In this document: positions 20,372-31,443 of the stretch, in pieces
Numbering within the stretch: the stretch's first letter is position 1
Layout of the letters: each line of letters opens with the position of its first letter
Origin: Chloropicon primus
Lineage: Eukaryota
DNA: 64,000 nucleotides
Assembly (NCBI GenBank): GCA_023205875.1
Contig: CP060758.1
Location: 1,054,001 to 1,118,000 of the forward strand
Direction of reading: 5' to 3'
The notes under the pieces: generated by a model
Database searches by the model: none
Told to the model about the DNA's origin: nothing
The model's input: the letters and a program-made list of their open reading frames with translations, nothing else
Translations under genes and position numbers: made by a program

Positions 20372-22351
20372 CTAGTACGTGATCGACACTTCCTTTCCTG
20401 TGAACTCGTTCACCATGCTCGCTGCCTCTTCCAGGGCCGTCTTGCCAAACTTGGTGATGTAATTGTTGCTGACGTTGATGGAAGCCGCGGCGCCCTCTGG
20501 GTTTGCCTTCATTGCCTGCGCCAAGGCGAAGGCGCCATCGTCCTTGATCTCATTGTAACCCAAGTCAAGCATGGCCAGCCCTTCCAACCCCACGATTTTC
20601 ATGGACTGCGAGATCGCACTCACTCCCTTGTCACCCAAGTTGTTTCCCCTGAGGTCCAATGTGCCGATAGTCTCGTTGAACCTGAGCGCGTCTGCCATGG
20701 CTTGGGCCCCGTCAGCGCCCAGCTTGCACCAGCCCAGCCGCAACGTCGTGATTTTGGAGTCAAACTTGATCTGATCCGCAAGGATCGTCGCGCCTTCCTC
20801 GCTCAGCGGATTGTACCCCATCTCCAAGGTCGTGATGCCCTTGTTCTCCTTGATGGCCTCCGCCAAAGCCTTCACGCCGTCCCCACCGATGTTGTTGCCG
20901 CCGATGTCCAAGTGGACCAGCGAGGTGTTCTGCTTGAGGGCCTCGGCCACGTCCATGGCCCCGGCGCTGCCCAAGTCGTTCATGTACAGGCTCAGCCATT
21001 CCAGCTTGCAGGAGTCCGCCTTGAGGTACTCGCAGAGGGACTGGATCCCTGACTGGCTCATCCCGCTGTTGGAGAGGTCCAACTTCTTCAGTGGCATCTT
21101 ATTCTGGGACAAGAGCGACTTCAGCAGCTGCTCCGTCCCCTCGTCCCCGATGTCGTTTCCACTGATGTACAGCTCCTCGAGCGTCTCGTTCTCCCTCACC
21201 CCCTCGCTCAAGGCCTTCGCCCCCAAGGCGCCGAGGTAATTGCCGCTGAGGTTGAGGACCTTGAGGCTGGCGTTCTGCTTCACGCCCTGCGCCAGAGCGA
21301 CGGCCCCGTCGTAGTCGATGACGTTGTTCCCCAAGTCGATCTTGCTGAGCTCCGTGTTGAACGACAGCATCTCCGCCAAGCCCTTCGCGCCGTCGTCCGC
21401 AATGTTGTTGCCGTTCAGGTTGATGCTCGTGATGTTTTGCCTCGTCTTGAGCAGCTCGGAGAGGCCGCTCGCCCCCTCGTCGCCCACGGCATTCCCCTCC
21501 AAGCTCATCTCCGTCAGGACCAGGTTGTTCTCAAGAGCCTCGCAAAGGGCGAGGATACCGTCCCCCCCGATGCCGTTCTTGCTCAGGTCCACGATCTCGC
21601 ACACATCGTTGAAGGCCAGCGCCGCGCTTATGTACGCGCACCCCTCGCTCCTCAGGTTCCTGCTGCTGAGGTCCACGTTCGGATAGTTCTTCAGCTCGGC
21701 GCACATCTCGTTCAAGCGCCCCCTGGCCTCCTGCCTCCACCTCCTCTCCTCCTTGTCCTTGTCCTTGTCTGCCATCGTGCTGGAGGCGCCCTCGCTGCCC
21801 TCGCCGCCCTCGCCCGAGGTGATCCCGAGGACGGAGTAGACCTTGCCCACCACCTTACGCCTCTTGACGAAGGCGGCCACGCCGGCGGCGAGGACGAGGA
21901 CGCCCAAGGCCGTCGAGGCGGCGTCCACGCCCAGGCCCGAAGCCCCTCTCCCGGGCGCGCTCGAGTCCACGACCGAGGCGGTCTCCCCGCGGTCCCCGCT
22001 GGTCGAGACGTCTCCCGAGGAGGAGGAGGAGGAGGTCTCGCCGTAGACCTCGTCCTCGTCGAAGAGGCCGTCCGCCTCCTTCTCCGCCTCGGCCGCCGTC
22101 GCAGCGTCGGCCTTGCTGTTTTCCTCCTCCAGCCCGCTCGCCACCTCCCTCCTCCTCTGCCTCCTCTCCTCCGTCGCCTCCTCGTTGAAGTCCAGGACGA
22201 AGCCTTGCCCCTGGTCCTCTTCCCCGGCGCGAACCACCACGACCTGCGACCTGCGAGTTCCCCTCGTCCTTCGGAGACCCCCTCCCGGCCTCCTCCTCCC
22301 GAGCCCTCCTTGGCTCCATCCCCCCCTCGCCCCGCTCGTACGAGTACGCAT
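20372..22351 (-). CDS. RNI-like leucine-rich repeat protein, plastid-targeted with one TM segment
   Basis: Many 28-aa LxLxxNxIGDxGAxxLAxAL repeats; transit-like N-terminus ending VVVVRA; TM segment ALGVLVLAAGVAAFV. Confidence 0.85.
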   Translation of the reverse strand: MRTRTSGARGGWSQGGLGRRRPGGGLRRTRGTRRSQVVVVRAGEEDQGQGFVLDFNEEATEERRQRRREVASGLEEENSKADAATAAEAEKEADGLFDEDEVYGETSSSSSSGDVSTSGDRGETASVVDSSAPGRGASGLGVDAASTALGVLVLAAGVAAFVKRRKVVGKVYSVLGITSGEGGEGSEGASSTMADKDKDKEERRWRQEARGRLNEMCAELKNYPNVDLSSRNLRSEGCAYISAALAFNDVCEIVDLSKNGIGGDGILALCEALENNLVLTEMSLEGNAVGDEGASGLSELLKTRQNITSINLNGNNIADDGAKGLAEMLSFNTELSKIDLGNNVIDYDGAVALAQGVKQNASLKVLNLSGNYLGALGAKALSEGVRENETLEELYISGNDIGDEGTEQLLKSLLSQNKMPLKKLDLSNSGMSQSGIQSLCEYLKADSCKLEWLSLYMNDLGSAGAMDVAEALKQNTSLVHLDIGGNNIGGDGVKALAEAIKENKGITTLEMGYNPLSEEGATILADQIKFDSKITTLRLGWCKLGADGAQAMADALRFNETIGTLDLRGNNLGDKGVSAISQSMKIVGLEGLAMLDLGYNEIKDDGAFALAQAMKANPEGAAASINVSNNYITKFGKTALEEAASMVNEFTGKEVSITY

Positions 22352-22861
22352 GACTCCCCTCACCAAGCAACAAGCAACAAGCACCAAACAACTGCCTGAC
22401 TGCTTGTGGCCAATGCAATGGTAGTACGGGTGTTCGTGATCCCCTCCTTTCCTTGAACCAACAAAGCAAAACCAAGCCGAGCCCAGCCGAACCGAGGCAG
22501 ACCTCTTCAACGTCATCATCATCATAATAATAATAGATAGATAGATGGATACCAAAGTCAGTCCAGTCCCCCAAAGTGTTCTCCTTCCTTGCTTTGCTTT
22601 GTTTGCTTTGCTTTGCTTTGCTTTGCTTTGCTTTGTTCGTCGTTTGTTTGTTCGCTTACCTCTGTTGTGCGTGTGTTGTGTGTTGTGTGTTGTGTGCTGT
22701 GTTGGTTTCGTCCCCTAGCGTCCTCCCCTGTTGTTGTTGTTGCTTGTTGTCGTCGTCGTTGTTGTTGGCGGCTCGGTCGCCTGACCCAACCCTCCTTCCC
22801 ACCTCAAGTTATGACTCATCCTTATCCAAAAAAAAGGGAAGGGAGGAAACCCTCGACACAG

Positions 22862-22867
22862 GACGAG

Positions 22868-22910
<43 letters not shown>
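22862..22910. repeat. (GAC)n microsatellite in the LRR/PNPase intergenic region
   Basis: About 14 GAC units; similar (GAC)n, (GA)n and (CAA)n tracts occur in many intergenic/UTR regions, e.g. 44538-44581. Confidence 0.85.
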
Positions 22911-22911
<1 letters not shown>

Positions 22912-23094
22912 GAGGGAACACAACAGAAAGAGGGAAGAAGAAGGACGGAGGGACTGGGACACATCACATCACATCACATCACATCACGACCAACAACAAC
23001 AGGAACACGAAGAAAGCAATCACTTGCATTGGATTGATTGATTGGATTGGATTGGATTGATTGATTGATTGGTTGGTTGGTTGGTGAGGGGGGG

Positions 23095-25641
23095 ATGAAG
23101 GTGGTGGTGGGAGGGAGGACAGGGACGGGGAAAGGGGTGAGGAGGGGGGGAGACGTGAGGAAGAGTTACGCTACCCCTTGTGTGGGGGGGCAGACTACTA
23201 CGCCCCGTCGTCTGCTGCTGGGGGCCGTCGCTGCGCGTCGCTCGTCCAGGAGCACCGTCGGCGTTGTCGGGTCGGGTCAGCGAGGGTGCCGCTGCAGGAG
23301 CGTGGCTTCGGAGGGCCTGGGGAACATCCCGAGGGCCACGCAGTTGGAGCTCGAGGTCGCGGGAGCCAAGGGAGATGCCGCCAAGGTTGTGGTGGAGACG
23401 GGGGAGATAGGGAGGCAGGCCGCGGGCGCAGTGACGGTCACGAGTGGCGAGACTGTCGTGTACTGCACGGCCTGCGCCGAGGGCGAACCGGACGCCTTCG
23501 AGGAGGGGGGGAGCACGGACGGCCAGCAGGGGGGGATGGTTCCCCTGACCGTGGTGTACTCGGAGAGGTTCAGCGCCGCGGGAAGGACCGCCGGGGGGTA
23601 CCTCAAGAGGGACGGCAGGCCCAAGGACCCTGACGTCCTGGTGTCGCGTTTGGTCGACCGCCCGATCAGGCCGATGTTTCAGAAGAACTGGCAGAGGGAC
23701 ACCCAAGTCACCTCATGGCTCCTTTCTTACGACGGGGAGACCAAGCCGGAGCCGCTCGCCATCACGGCCGCCGGGGTGGCCCTCGCCATCTCCGACATCC
23801 CGCTGAGCGCCCCCGTGGCCGGCGTTCGCGTGGGCATGGTCGACGGGGAAATGGTCGTGAACCCCACGACCTCTCAGATGGCCGAGGCGACGCTGGACCT
23901 GCTGGTGGCTGGGACGGAGGAGGGCGTCCTGATGATCGAGGGGAGCGCCGACCTCGTGGCGTCGGAGGTGGTGCTCGAGGCCGTGGACGTGGGCCACAAG
24001 GCGATCAGGGGAATGTGCAAGTCGATCTCCGAGTGGGCGGAAAAGGTGGGAAAGCCGAAGAGGGAGGTGAGCAAGGTGAAGGTGGATCACGACTCGATCA
24101 TCGCGACCATCCTTTCCGAGCGCGAGGATGAGCTGAGGGCCGCTCTCAGCGTCCCCAAGAAGCAGGAAAGGGCCGAGAAGCTGACTCAGCTCAAGGAGAG
24201 CCTGAGGCAAGCGTACTGCGAGGGGGAGAACCCCCTGGTAGCCTCCTTGAAGCACTACAATGCGGTGTTCAAGCAACTCATGTCGGACGTCGTGAGGCAG
24301 ATGGTCGTCCAGGACGGGGTGAGGATCGATGGCAGGGGGCTGGACGACGTCAGGCCCATCACGTCCAGGGCCCACGTCCTTCCCAGGACTCACGGCAGCG
24401 CCCTCTTCACCCGGGGGGAGACTCAGGCCATGGCCGTGGTGACGCTGGGCGACGAGAAGAGCGCCCAGAAGATGGATAACGTGCAGTCCACCTCGGACAA
24501 CGACATGAAGCGGTTCTACCTGCAGTACTTCTTCCCCCCATCGAGCGTTGGCGAGACGGGGCGCGTTGGGGCCCCTGGGAGGAGGGAGCTTGGGCACGGG
24601 GAGCTGGCGGAGAGGGCTCTCAGCGCCGTGATCCCCTCCCTGGAGGACTTCCCCTACACGATGAGGGTGGAGAGCACCATCACCGAGAGCAACGGATCGT
24701 CCAGCATGGCCAGCGTCTGCGGGGGCACCCTCGCCCTCAGGGACGCTGGGGTCCCTCTGACCACAAACGTGGCGGGGGTCGCCATGGGCCTCATCTTGAA
24801 CCAAGAGGACGGCTCGTACGTGATCTTGTCAGACATCCTTGGAAACGAGGATGCTCTGGGGGACATGGACTTCAAGGTCGCCGGGGACGCGGAGAACATC
24901 TCTGCCGTGCAGATGGACATCAAGGTGGAGGGAATCACGGTGGAGATCATGAGGGAAGCCCTCAGCAAGGCCCAACAGGCCAGGGCCCACATCCTGGGCG
25001 AGATGGAGAAGTGCAGCCCACCCCCCAGGAACGAGGTGTCGGACCACGCCCCGACGATCCACACGATCGATGTGGACCCCCAGTTCCTCGGCATGATCAT
25101 CGGCTCGGGCGGCAAGAACGTGAAGCAGCTGATCTCTGACTTTGGCCTCACCACCATCAACTGCAACGTGGACGGAAAGCCGGAGGGCACCATCGAGATC
25201 ATGGGGACCGGCCGCGCCAAGGTCCTCGCCTGCGCCTCGCACATCGAGAGCATGTGCAGGGTCCCGAAGGAGGGGGACGTGTACTCGCAAGCCCCCGTGG
25301 TGGAGATCCTGCCTTTCGGGTGCCTCGTGGAGCTGGGCCCCAGCAGGCAGGCCTTGTGTCACATCAGCGAGCTGGCCAACCAGAGGATAGACAAGGTGGA
25401 GGACGTGGTGAAGGAAGGAGAGCTCTTGGACGTCAAGGTGATCGAGGTCGCGGACGGCGGAAATAAGGTGAGGGTGAGTGCGAGGCATCTCCTCCCTGAC
25501 TTTGTGCCGGGCAAACCCCGCGAGGGAATGGAGGGAAGGGCCGGGGGAGGAGGCAGGAGAGGCAACGACAGGGGTGGCGGAGGGGGAAGGGGTGACGGGA
25601 GGAGAAGGGGGGGGAACAACAGGGACAGAGACAGAAGATGA
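23095..25641 (+). CDS. PNP: Polyribonucleotide nucleotidyltransferase (PNPase), plastid type
   Basis: ETGEIGRQAAGAV, SRLVDRPIRP, HGSALFTRGETQ, ESNGSSSMASVCGG, EDALGDMDFKVAG; KH and S1 domains. Confidence 0.95.
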   Translation: MKVVVGGRTGTGKGVRRGGDVRKSYATPCVGGQTTTPRRLLLGAVAARRSSRSTVGVVGSGQRGCRCRSVASEGLGNIPRATQLELEVAGAKGDAAKVVVETGEIGRQAAGAVTVTSGETVVYCTACAEGEPDAFEEGGSTDGQQGGMVPLTVVYSERFSAAGRTAGGYLKRDGRPKDPDVLVSRLVDRPIRPMFQKNWQRDTQVTSWLLSYDGETKPEPLAITAAGVALAISDIPLSAPVAGVRVGMVDGEMVVNPTTSQMAEATLDLLVAGTEEGVLMIEGSADLVASEVVLEAVDVGHKAIRGMCKSISEWAEKVGKPKREVSKVKVDHDSIIATILSEREDELRAALSVPKKQERAEKLTQLKESLRQAYCEGENPLVASLKHYNAVFKQLMSDVVRQMVVQDGVRIDGRGLDDVRPITSRAHVLPRTHGSALFTRGETQAMAVVTLGDEKSAQKMDNVQSTSDNDMKRFYLQYFFPPSSVGETGRVGAPGRRELGHGELAERALSAVIPSLEDFPYTMRVESTITESNGSSSMASVCGGTLALRDAGVPLTTNVAGVAMGLILNQEDGSYVILSDILGNEDALGDMDFKVAGDAENISAVQMDIKVEGITVEIMREALSKAQQARAHILGEMEKCSPPPRNEVSDHAPTIHTIDVDPQFLGMIIGSGGKNVKQLISDFGLTTINCNVDGKPEGTIEIMGTGRAKVLACASHIESMCRVPKEGDVYSQAPVVEILPFGCLVELGPSRQALCHISELANQRIDKVEDVVKEGELLDVKVIEVADGGNKVRVSARHLLPDFVPGKPREGMEGRAGGGGRRGNDRGGGGGRGDGRRRGGNNRDRDRR

Positions 25642-25748
25642 GGGAGGAGGAGGACAAGGTGGACGCTCTTAAATATTTTTTTTGTATAAATTACAAAGAG
25701 AGAGAGAGAGACAAACGGGTTCATCGATCACTTCCATGAGAAAGCTTT

Positions 25749-26842
25749 TTAGAGCCCGAGCTCCTTCATCGTTCTCGCGGGCATGGCGTACCTAGCGTCC
25801 ACGGGCTCGAGCCCCGGGTACCCGAGCAGGCTCAGCCCAGCGATACCGAAAAACGTGTGGAAGATGTCGACCTCGTCGTCCGGCCTGTCCGAGATCCCTC
25901 CGTCAATCTCGTCCTGGCACGACAGTATGAAGTGGATGAGCTTGCTCCTGTCCACCCAGTGCAGCCTGCCGAGCATCTGGAGCGAGGAGAGCACCCACCA
26001 AGTGTAGCAAACGTCGTGCCTGGCGATCGAGTGAGCAGAGAGAGAAGGAGAGAAAGAGAAGGTCAGCGGATGGAACCCGATGAAGCAAGATTGTTCGATG
26101 CCGGATCAACTCACAATTTCTGTGGCCTCCCGTTGAGGCCTCCCCCCTTGGTCTGCCTCTCGCACAGCCACCAGGCCAGCCTGTCCTTGTCCACCCGGTC
26201 CAGGGCGCCGAGCAGGGTCAGGGCCCCAACGCAGCAGAACACTTGGCCGGCGTGGGTCTCGTCCCCGGGCCTGGCCCCGAAGCCCTCGTCAAAATTCCGG
26301 CACGCCAGGACGAACTCCACGGCCTTTGGCACGTCGATCTTGGACTCCAGCGGCTTGACCCCCAGCAGCGTGAGGCAGGACGCGGCACAGTACGAGAACC
26401 TCGTGTCCACCTCCCCCCACTTGTCCCCTCGGAAGCTCCCGTCCTCTGCGCTCTGCAGCCCGGCCACGAACGCCGCGGTCCTCTCCCTGTCCTCCCCCGA
26501 GAGCTCCTCCTCCAGCGCCCCGTAGGTCACCAGGACCTGCACTGCGCTCAGCGTGTACAGCAAGTGAGAGTCGTGCCCCGGCGCGCTCCCGAACCCCCCG
26601 TCCCCATTCCAGCACGCCATGACGTCCTTGACGACCTCCTCCCTCGGCAGCCTTTCCTTGAACTCCTTCCCCTCCTCGTCCTCGGCCAGCAGCCACAGGG
26701 CCGTGGTCCCCCAATAGATCCCACTCAGCCTGAGGTACTCGCTCGCCACATACTCGTACCCCGCCTTGTCCTTCTGGAACTCCACCACGTACTCCGCGTG
26801 CTTCTCCTTCCGCAACACCAGACTGCCAACAGACTCCATCAT
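25749..26842 (-). CDS. RABGGTB: Rab geranylgeranyltransferase type II beta subunit; exons 26842-26115 and 26019-25749
   Basis: YLRLSGIYW, HDSHLLYTLSAVQ, GDKWGEVDTRFSYCA. A GTGAGT...CCAG intron (26114-26020) restores GLNGRPQKLHDVCYTWW; GGISDRP and DIFHTFFGIAGLSL follow. Confidence 0.93.
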
Positions 26843-27072
26843 CAATCAAACCAATCAAGCACACTCCACCTGTCTGTCTCTCGACCTAATTCCTCGACTT
26901 GCTTTGACTTGAGTTGACCGCGGCGCCGGTGGTGTATTGGTCCCGAGGCCAAGACGAGCAAGACGTTTCCTCGTCACCGTCACCGTCACCGTCACCGTCA
27001 CCGTCACCGTCGCGTCCCGGTCCTTTCCTGGCGGGAAAGGGGCAGAAATGGTATGACGTTTTTTTGGCGGGA

Positions 27073-28620
27073 ATGGCGACTGCGTTGGAGAGGTTCGAGG
27101 AGTGGCTGGGGAGGGAGAGGGTGGAGGTGGATAAGCAAGTGGTGAGGATTGAGGTGAAGGAGGGAGATGGAACGAGGCACTGCGCGGTCTACGCAGCGAG
27201 GGACTTGGACTTGGACTTGGTGGAGGGGAAGGAGGATGTTGATGGGGATGGGGATGGGGAAGGGGAACCGACGACGGCGACGGTGGCGGTGAGGATACCC
27301 AAGGACGCGTGCCTGACAAGGCGGACGACGGAGTGCGCCAGGAGGTTGGAGGATTCCGAGGTCGGGGGCCCGCTCGCACTCATCGTCGCTCTGATGCACG
27401 AGACCTCCCTCGGCGCCAGGAGCAGGTGGAGGCCGTACCTCGACCTCATCCCCACCAGGGAGGACTCGCTCCCGGTGTTCTGGAGCGACGAGGACTTGAG
27501 GTACTTGGCGGGGACGAGCTTGGAGGAGAAGGTGGAGCTGGACAGGGCCCTGATGGCGGAGGACTACGAGGCGATCGTGCGTCCCTTCTTTGAGGAGGCG
27601 GGGGCCGAGGGCTCGGGGGGCGGGGTGACCGTGGACGACTTCAGGGCGGCCGCCAGCCTGGTGGCGAGCAGGGCTTTCCGGGTGGACTCCAAGCACGGGG
27701 ACGGCATGGTCCCCGTCGCGGATCTCTTCAACCACAGGACTGACAAGGAGAACGTGAGGATATACGGCGACTCGGACGACGAGAGCGACGAAGAGGAGGG
27801 CGAAGGAGAAGCTGGGGAGCAGAAGCAGAAGGAGGAGTGCCTCGAAATGTTGGTCGTCCGGGGCGCGAAGAAGCACGAGGAGGTCTTCAACACCTTTGGG
27901 GTGCACGGCAACGCTGGACTGATTCACAAGTACGGCTTCTCTGAGCTGGACAACTCGCACACGGAGGTGGAGGTTTCGGAGGAGCACGTCGCTGAAGTTG
28001 TGGGCGAAGCGGAGTACAAGGCGGCCCTGGAGGCTCTGGGGCTGGAATCCGCGGTTGCGGAGGGCGAGGAGGGGGAAGGGGACGAGGGAATCGAGAGCTC
28101 CAGCGAGGAAGAAGCCGAGGTGAAGCTGCCGGCGGACTTTGTGGTCACTCCGGACGGGGACCTCTCGGAGGATTTGAAGGCGGTCTTGGAGCACGCCTCC
28201 AAGTCCGCCGGTTCCAAGGACAGCGCACTGCTCTTCCACCAGCTGGTCTTGGAGGTCCTCACCCTGAGGATGTCCGCCTACCCCAGGCTCCAGGAAGGGG
28301 GCGGCGACGACGCCCAGGAGGAGGAGGAGGGAGGCGGGTCGTCGTCCAAGGAGGACCTCTCTTTTCTTCGCCAGAGCTTTGAGCCGTGCGTGGCCGGGGG
28401 TGGCTGCACTTACGCGGGAAAGGCCGCCGGTCTGGTGCTGAGGATCACAGAGAAGCGCGCCCTGGAGACGGCCATGCTCAACACCGTGGACAGGCTGAGG
28501 GCCCACGCCGCGGACAAGAAGGGGAACAGGAACAATAAGGAGGAAGTCGGCCAGAGGAAGAAGAGGAGGAAGATCGTCTCGGGCACAATCTACGATCCCA
28601 CAGTCGTTTTCGAGAAATAA
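27073..28620 (+). CDS. SETD6/Rkm4-like protein lysine methyltransferase
   Basis: SRWRPYLDLIP, ASLVASRAF, MVPVADLFNH, EVFNTFG...LIHKYGF of the Rubisco-LSMT-type SET family. Confidence 0.85.
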   Translation: MATALERFEEWLGRERVEVDKQVVRIEVKEGDGTRHCAVYAARDLDLDLVEGKEDVDGDGDGEGEPTTATVAVRIPKDACLTRRTTECARRLEDSEVGGPLALIVALMHETSLGARSRWRPYLDLIPTREDSLPVFWSDEDLRYLAGTSLEEKVELDRALMAEDYEAIVRPFFEEAGAEGSGGGVTVDDFRAAASLVASRAFRVDSKHGDGMVPVADLFNHRTDKENVRIYGDSDDESDEEEGEGEAGEQKQKEECLEMLVVRGAKKHEEVFNTFGVHGNAGLIHKYGFSELDNSHTEVEVSEEHVAEVVGEAEYKAALEALGLESAVAEGEEGEGDEGIESSSEEEAEVKLPADFVVTPDGDLSEDLKAVLEHASKSAGSKDSALLFHQLVLEVLTLRMSAYPRLQEGGGDDAQEEEEGGGSSSKEDLSFLRQSFEPCVAGGGCTYAGKAAGLVLRITEKRALETAMLNTVDRLRAHAADKKGNRNNKEEVGQRKKRRKIVSGTIYDPTVVFEK

Positions 28621-28734
28621 GAAATAGTCTAATCTAAGCGCCACACGTATTTATATTTATGGAACCGAAACATCCAGCCACGCCAGCTGGCAGAGCGGAG
28701 AAGAAGAGCAAAGCGGAGAAAGCGGAGGGCGAGG

Positions 28735-30531
28735 ATGGAGGATTACCATCATCACCACCACCACCACCTCGTTGGTGTGGAGGGGAACGGTGCGCGACCC
28801 GATCTTGCGTTGTTGTACGGCGCGGGTCTGTCCGTGTGCCTTTACGTGTTCTACCTGGTGACCGACTACAGGCTCGTGCCTTCCATAAGGGTGGTGTGCG
28901 ACAGGCTCCACGTGCCTGACGATGTGGCTGGGAGCACGCTCCTCGGGGCTTCACTCAACGCGCCGGAGCTCTTCACGAGCGCGGTGTCGGCGTTCACGGG
29001 AGGGGCTTCTTCGAACGGCGTTGGAGTGGGCCTCGTGATGGGGAGCTTCAACTTCAACATCTTCCTTATCACGGGAATCACGGCCCTCGTGGCGAGGAAG
29101 AAGCTCCGGAGCAGGCAGCTCAGGGTGGAGTGGATCTTTTTGCAGAGGGACGTTTACTTTTACGCCCTCGCGGTGGTGCTTCTCGTGGTCTTCTGCGGGG
29201 ACGCGAGGCTCGAGTGGTGGGAGTGCTTGACGATGGCGCTGGTTTACCTCTGCTACGTGGTGGTGTGCCTGCTGACGGGAAGGCTGACGAGGTTCCTCTG
29301 CCCCACCAGGGCCTACAAGCCAAGGAGGAGGAGGAGCGCCCTGATTCAAGTCACAGAAAGGGGCGAGTTCGACGTTACGATCTTTCCCAAGAACTTGGAG
29401 AAGACCAAGACCTTCTCCAAGTCCGACTTGAACGCCGAGGAAATCGTGGAGAGCCTCAAAGGGGAGACCGCGTACAGGCTGGGCCTCCCAGTCTCCCTGG
29501 AGAGCCTGAGGGTGCAGAACGCCCCGCCCCACGAAGTCATACTCACGAGGTCCCAGCAGCTCTCGGCGAAGGCCAGCTCGGGCGGGGAGGTTGTGGAGCC
29601 CAGCGAGGCCGGCCGCAGCTGGAGCTCCGCGCCGACGCTTGCGGCTGACGAGGCGACCCCCCTGCTCGGAGCATCGCCGTACGCGAACCTGACACGGGCG
29701 TTCTCCAACCCAATGACCGTGAAGGAGATCGACTTTGGCAGGCGCCTGACCAAGGAGGAGCGGATGGAAGTCATCCACGTGGTTTCGAATCCGGAGGCTC
29801 CGAGCAAGATCAACGTGGACATGAGGTTGGTGAACTGCGCCCACGACGAGATGAGCAAGGGACAGCCTTGGGCCACGGACGTGCTTCAGATCGCGGAGAA
29901 CATCGAGCTGGAGGAGGAAGCCGAGGCCTACCACTCGCAGCACCTGCTGGCTTGGCCAAAGTACGGCAGCCCGGGCGAGAAGGCCGTCTACCTCTTGAAG
30001 TTTCCGCTCAACGCGTTGATCACGCTCACGATACCAAGTGGACAGGACCTTTACCCGCTGTCCATCTTGCTGTCCATCCTGTGGCTGGGGGCCACGTCGT
30101 TCCTCCTGTCCCTGTGCTCGGTCCGGTTCGGCCGGGCGCTTCTGATCCCGGACTCTGTCGTGGGGCTGACGATAGATTCGATCGGGACTTCACTGCCCAA
30201 CTTGCTCGCTGCGGTGGTGGCCGGAAGAAGTGGGAGGTCTGAGACCGCAATATGCCAGGCCTTTGGTTCGAACACATTCGACGCCCTCGTCGCGTTTGGG
30301 CTCGTGCAGTTCATCAAATCGGCCACAACAGGCTTTGAGCCCATTGGGCTGCTGAGCGCGGGAGGCGTGGAAAGGGACTCCATCATCGACCTGGTCCTCT
30401 TGTTCCTTTACGTGTGGTTCTTCTACTTTTTTCGATTCAGGCTGACGAGGGGGTTCGGGTGGATCTGCATCTGCTTGTACGCGGGGTGGCTGGGGTACCA
30501 GCTCTTCTTGGTGTATTCCAGCGGGAAGTGA
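28735..30531 (+). CDS. NCKX-like cation/Ca2+ exchanger (CaCA family)
   Basis: alpha-1 repeat DDVAGSTLLGASLNAPELFTS...GSFNFNI and alpha-2 repeat GLTIDSIGTSLPN...GSNTFD; two TM clusters around a long loop. Confidence 0.85.
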   Translation: MEDYHHHHHHHLVGVEGNGARPDLALLYGAGLSVCLYVFYLVTDYRLVPSIRVVCDRLHVPDDVAGSTLLGASLNAPELFTSAVSAFTGGASSNGVGVGLVMGSFNFNIFLITGITALVARKKLRSRQLRVEWIFLQRDVYFYALAVVLLVVFCGDARLEWWECLTMALVYLCYVVVCLLTGRLTRFLCPTRAYKPRRRRSALIQVTERGEFDVTIFPKNLEKTKTFSKSDLNAEEIVESLKGETAYRLGLPVSLESLRVQNAPPHEVILTRSQQLSAKASSGGEVVEPSEAGRSWSSAPTLAADEATPLLGASPYANLTRAFSNPMTVKEIDFGRRLTKEERMEVIHVVSNPEAPSKINVDMRLVNCAHDEMSKGQPWATDVLQIAENIELEEEAEAYHSQHLLAWPKYGSPGEKAVYLLKFPLNALITLTIPSGQDLYPLSILLSILWLGATSFLLSLCSVRFGRALLIPDSVVGLTIDSIGTSLPNLLAAVVAGRSGRSETAICQAFGSNTFDALVAFGLVQFIKSATTGFEPIGLLSAGGVERDSIIDLVLLFLYVWFFYFFRFRLTRGFGWICICLYAGWLGYQLFLVYSSGK

Positions 30532-30804
30532 AACCGGGTGTTTGTTTGGGCGGGGCTGGGGGAAAGGTTTAATGTTGTGTATATGTATATATCGACACCT
30601 TGTACAACATTAAAGGGTGGGTTGGATCACGACCTGTGTGTAATCATCTGTTACAAAAACGTAGAGGTTAAAAACTCGTTCGATTTTGTGGACGGAAAGG
30701 AAAACCGGGGTGCGATTCTGAAAAAAAAAACATGCAAGGCTTGAATGAGAGGACGACTTCTCTCTCTCTTCTCTGTGTGTGCGTGTCATCTCGGTGACGG
30801 TGGC

Positions 30805-31443
30805 TCAGGGCTTGAGCCAGGTCAGGAAACCCAGTCCCTCGGAGGTAGCATGCTGGACGCCCATGCTGACCCTACGGAGGGCTTCGGGAGAGGGGCCTTG
30901 GTAGGATCTCGTACCAGCCACGTTTGAGGAGCCGGCCTGTGCACCACTGGCCTCGGAATCGGAATGCTGTCCACCCTGCGAGGCGACCATGGGTCCGTAT
31001 CCCTCGGCTCCGTAGTGGCCATCAGCCATCGCATGGACGTACGGCTTGTACGCGTGGTAGTGGTCATGGCTGTCAGAAGCGGACTTGGACACGGATCCAG
31101 AGGTTCCGGACACGGCACCCTTCCAGTTCTCCGCGTGAGCGCTGGATTGTCCACCACCCTCGGACTTGGCGTTACCGCCGGCGCCGTAAACGGCGTGGGA
31201 GGAAGACCTGTCGAGGGTGTTGATTCCCGAGACGATGCCGTTGGCAAACGCGGTGGCAATGTCCTCGGACCTGCCTTTCGCATTGCCAGCTCCGTGCAAG
31301 GACGCCTCCGATCCTCCGAACCCGTACACGTTCACCGACGCGGGCTTCCACTCAGGGTGGGGGAGGTGAGGGTGAGGGGGGGAGGTCGCGGAAGCGGCCG
31401 TGGCGGCCAGGCAGGCCAAGACGATCGAGAGAGTAGTTCTCAT
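30805..31443 (-). CDS. Secreted Gly/Ser/Ala-rich protein, cluster member 1 (212 aa)
   Basis: ATG 31443 gives signal peptide MRTTLSIVLACLAATAASA. Segment GGSEASLHGAGNAKG resembles member 4 (GGSRGSAHGDWAFAYGG). Confidence 0.75.
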   Translation of the reverse strand: MRTTLSIVLACLAATAASATSPPHPHLPHPEWKPASVNVYGFGGSEASLHGAGNAKGRSEDIATAFANGIVSGINTLDRSSSHAVYGAGGNAKSEGGGQSSAHAENWKGAVSGTSGSVSKSASDSHDHYHAYKPYVHAMADGHYGAEGYGPMVASQGGQHSDSEASGAQAGSSNVAGTRSYQGPSPEALRRVSMGVQHATSEGLGFLTWLKP

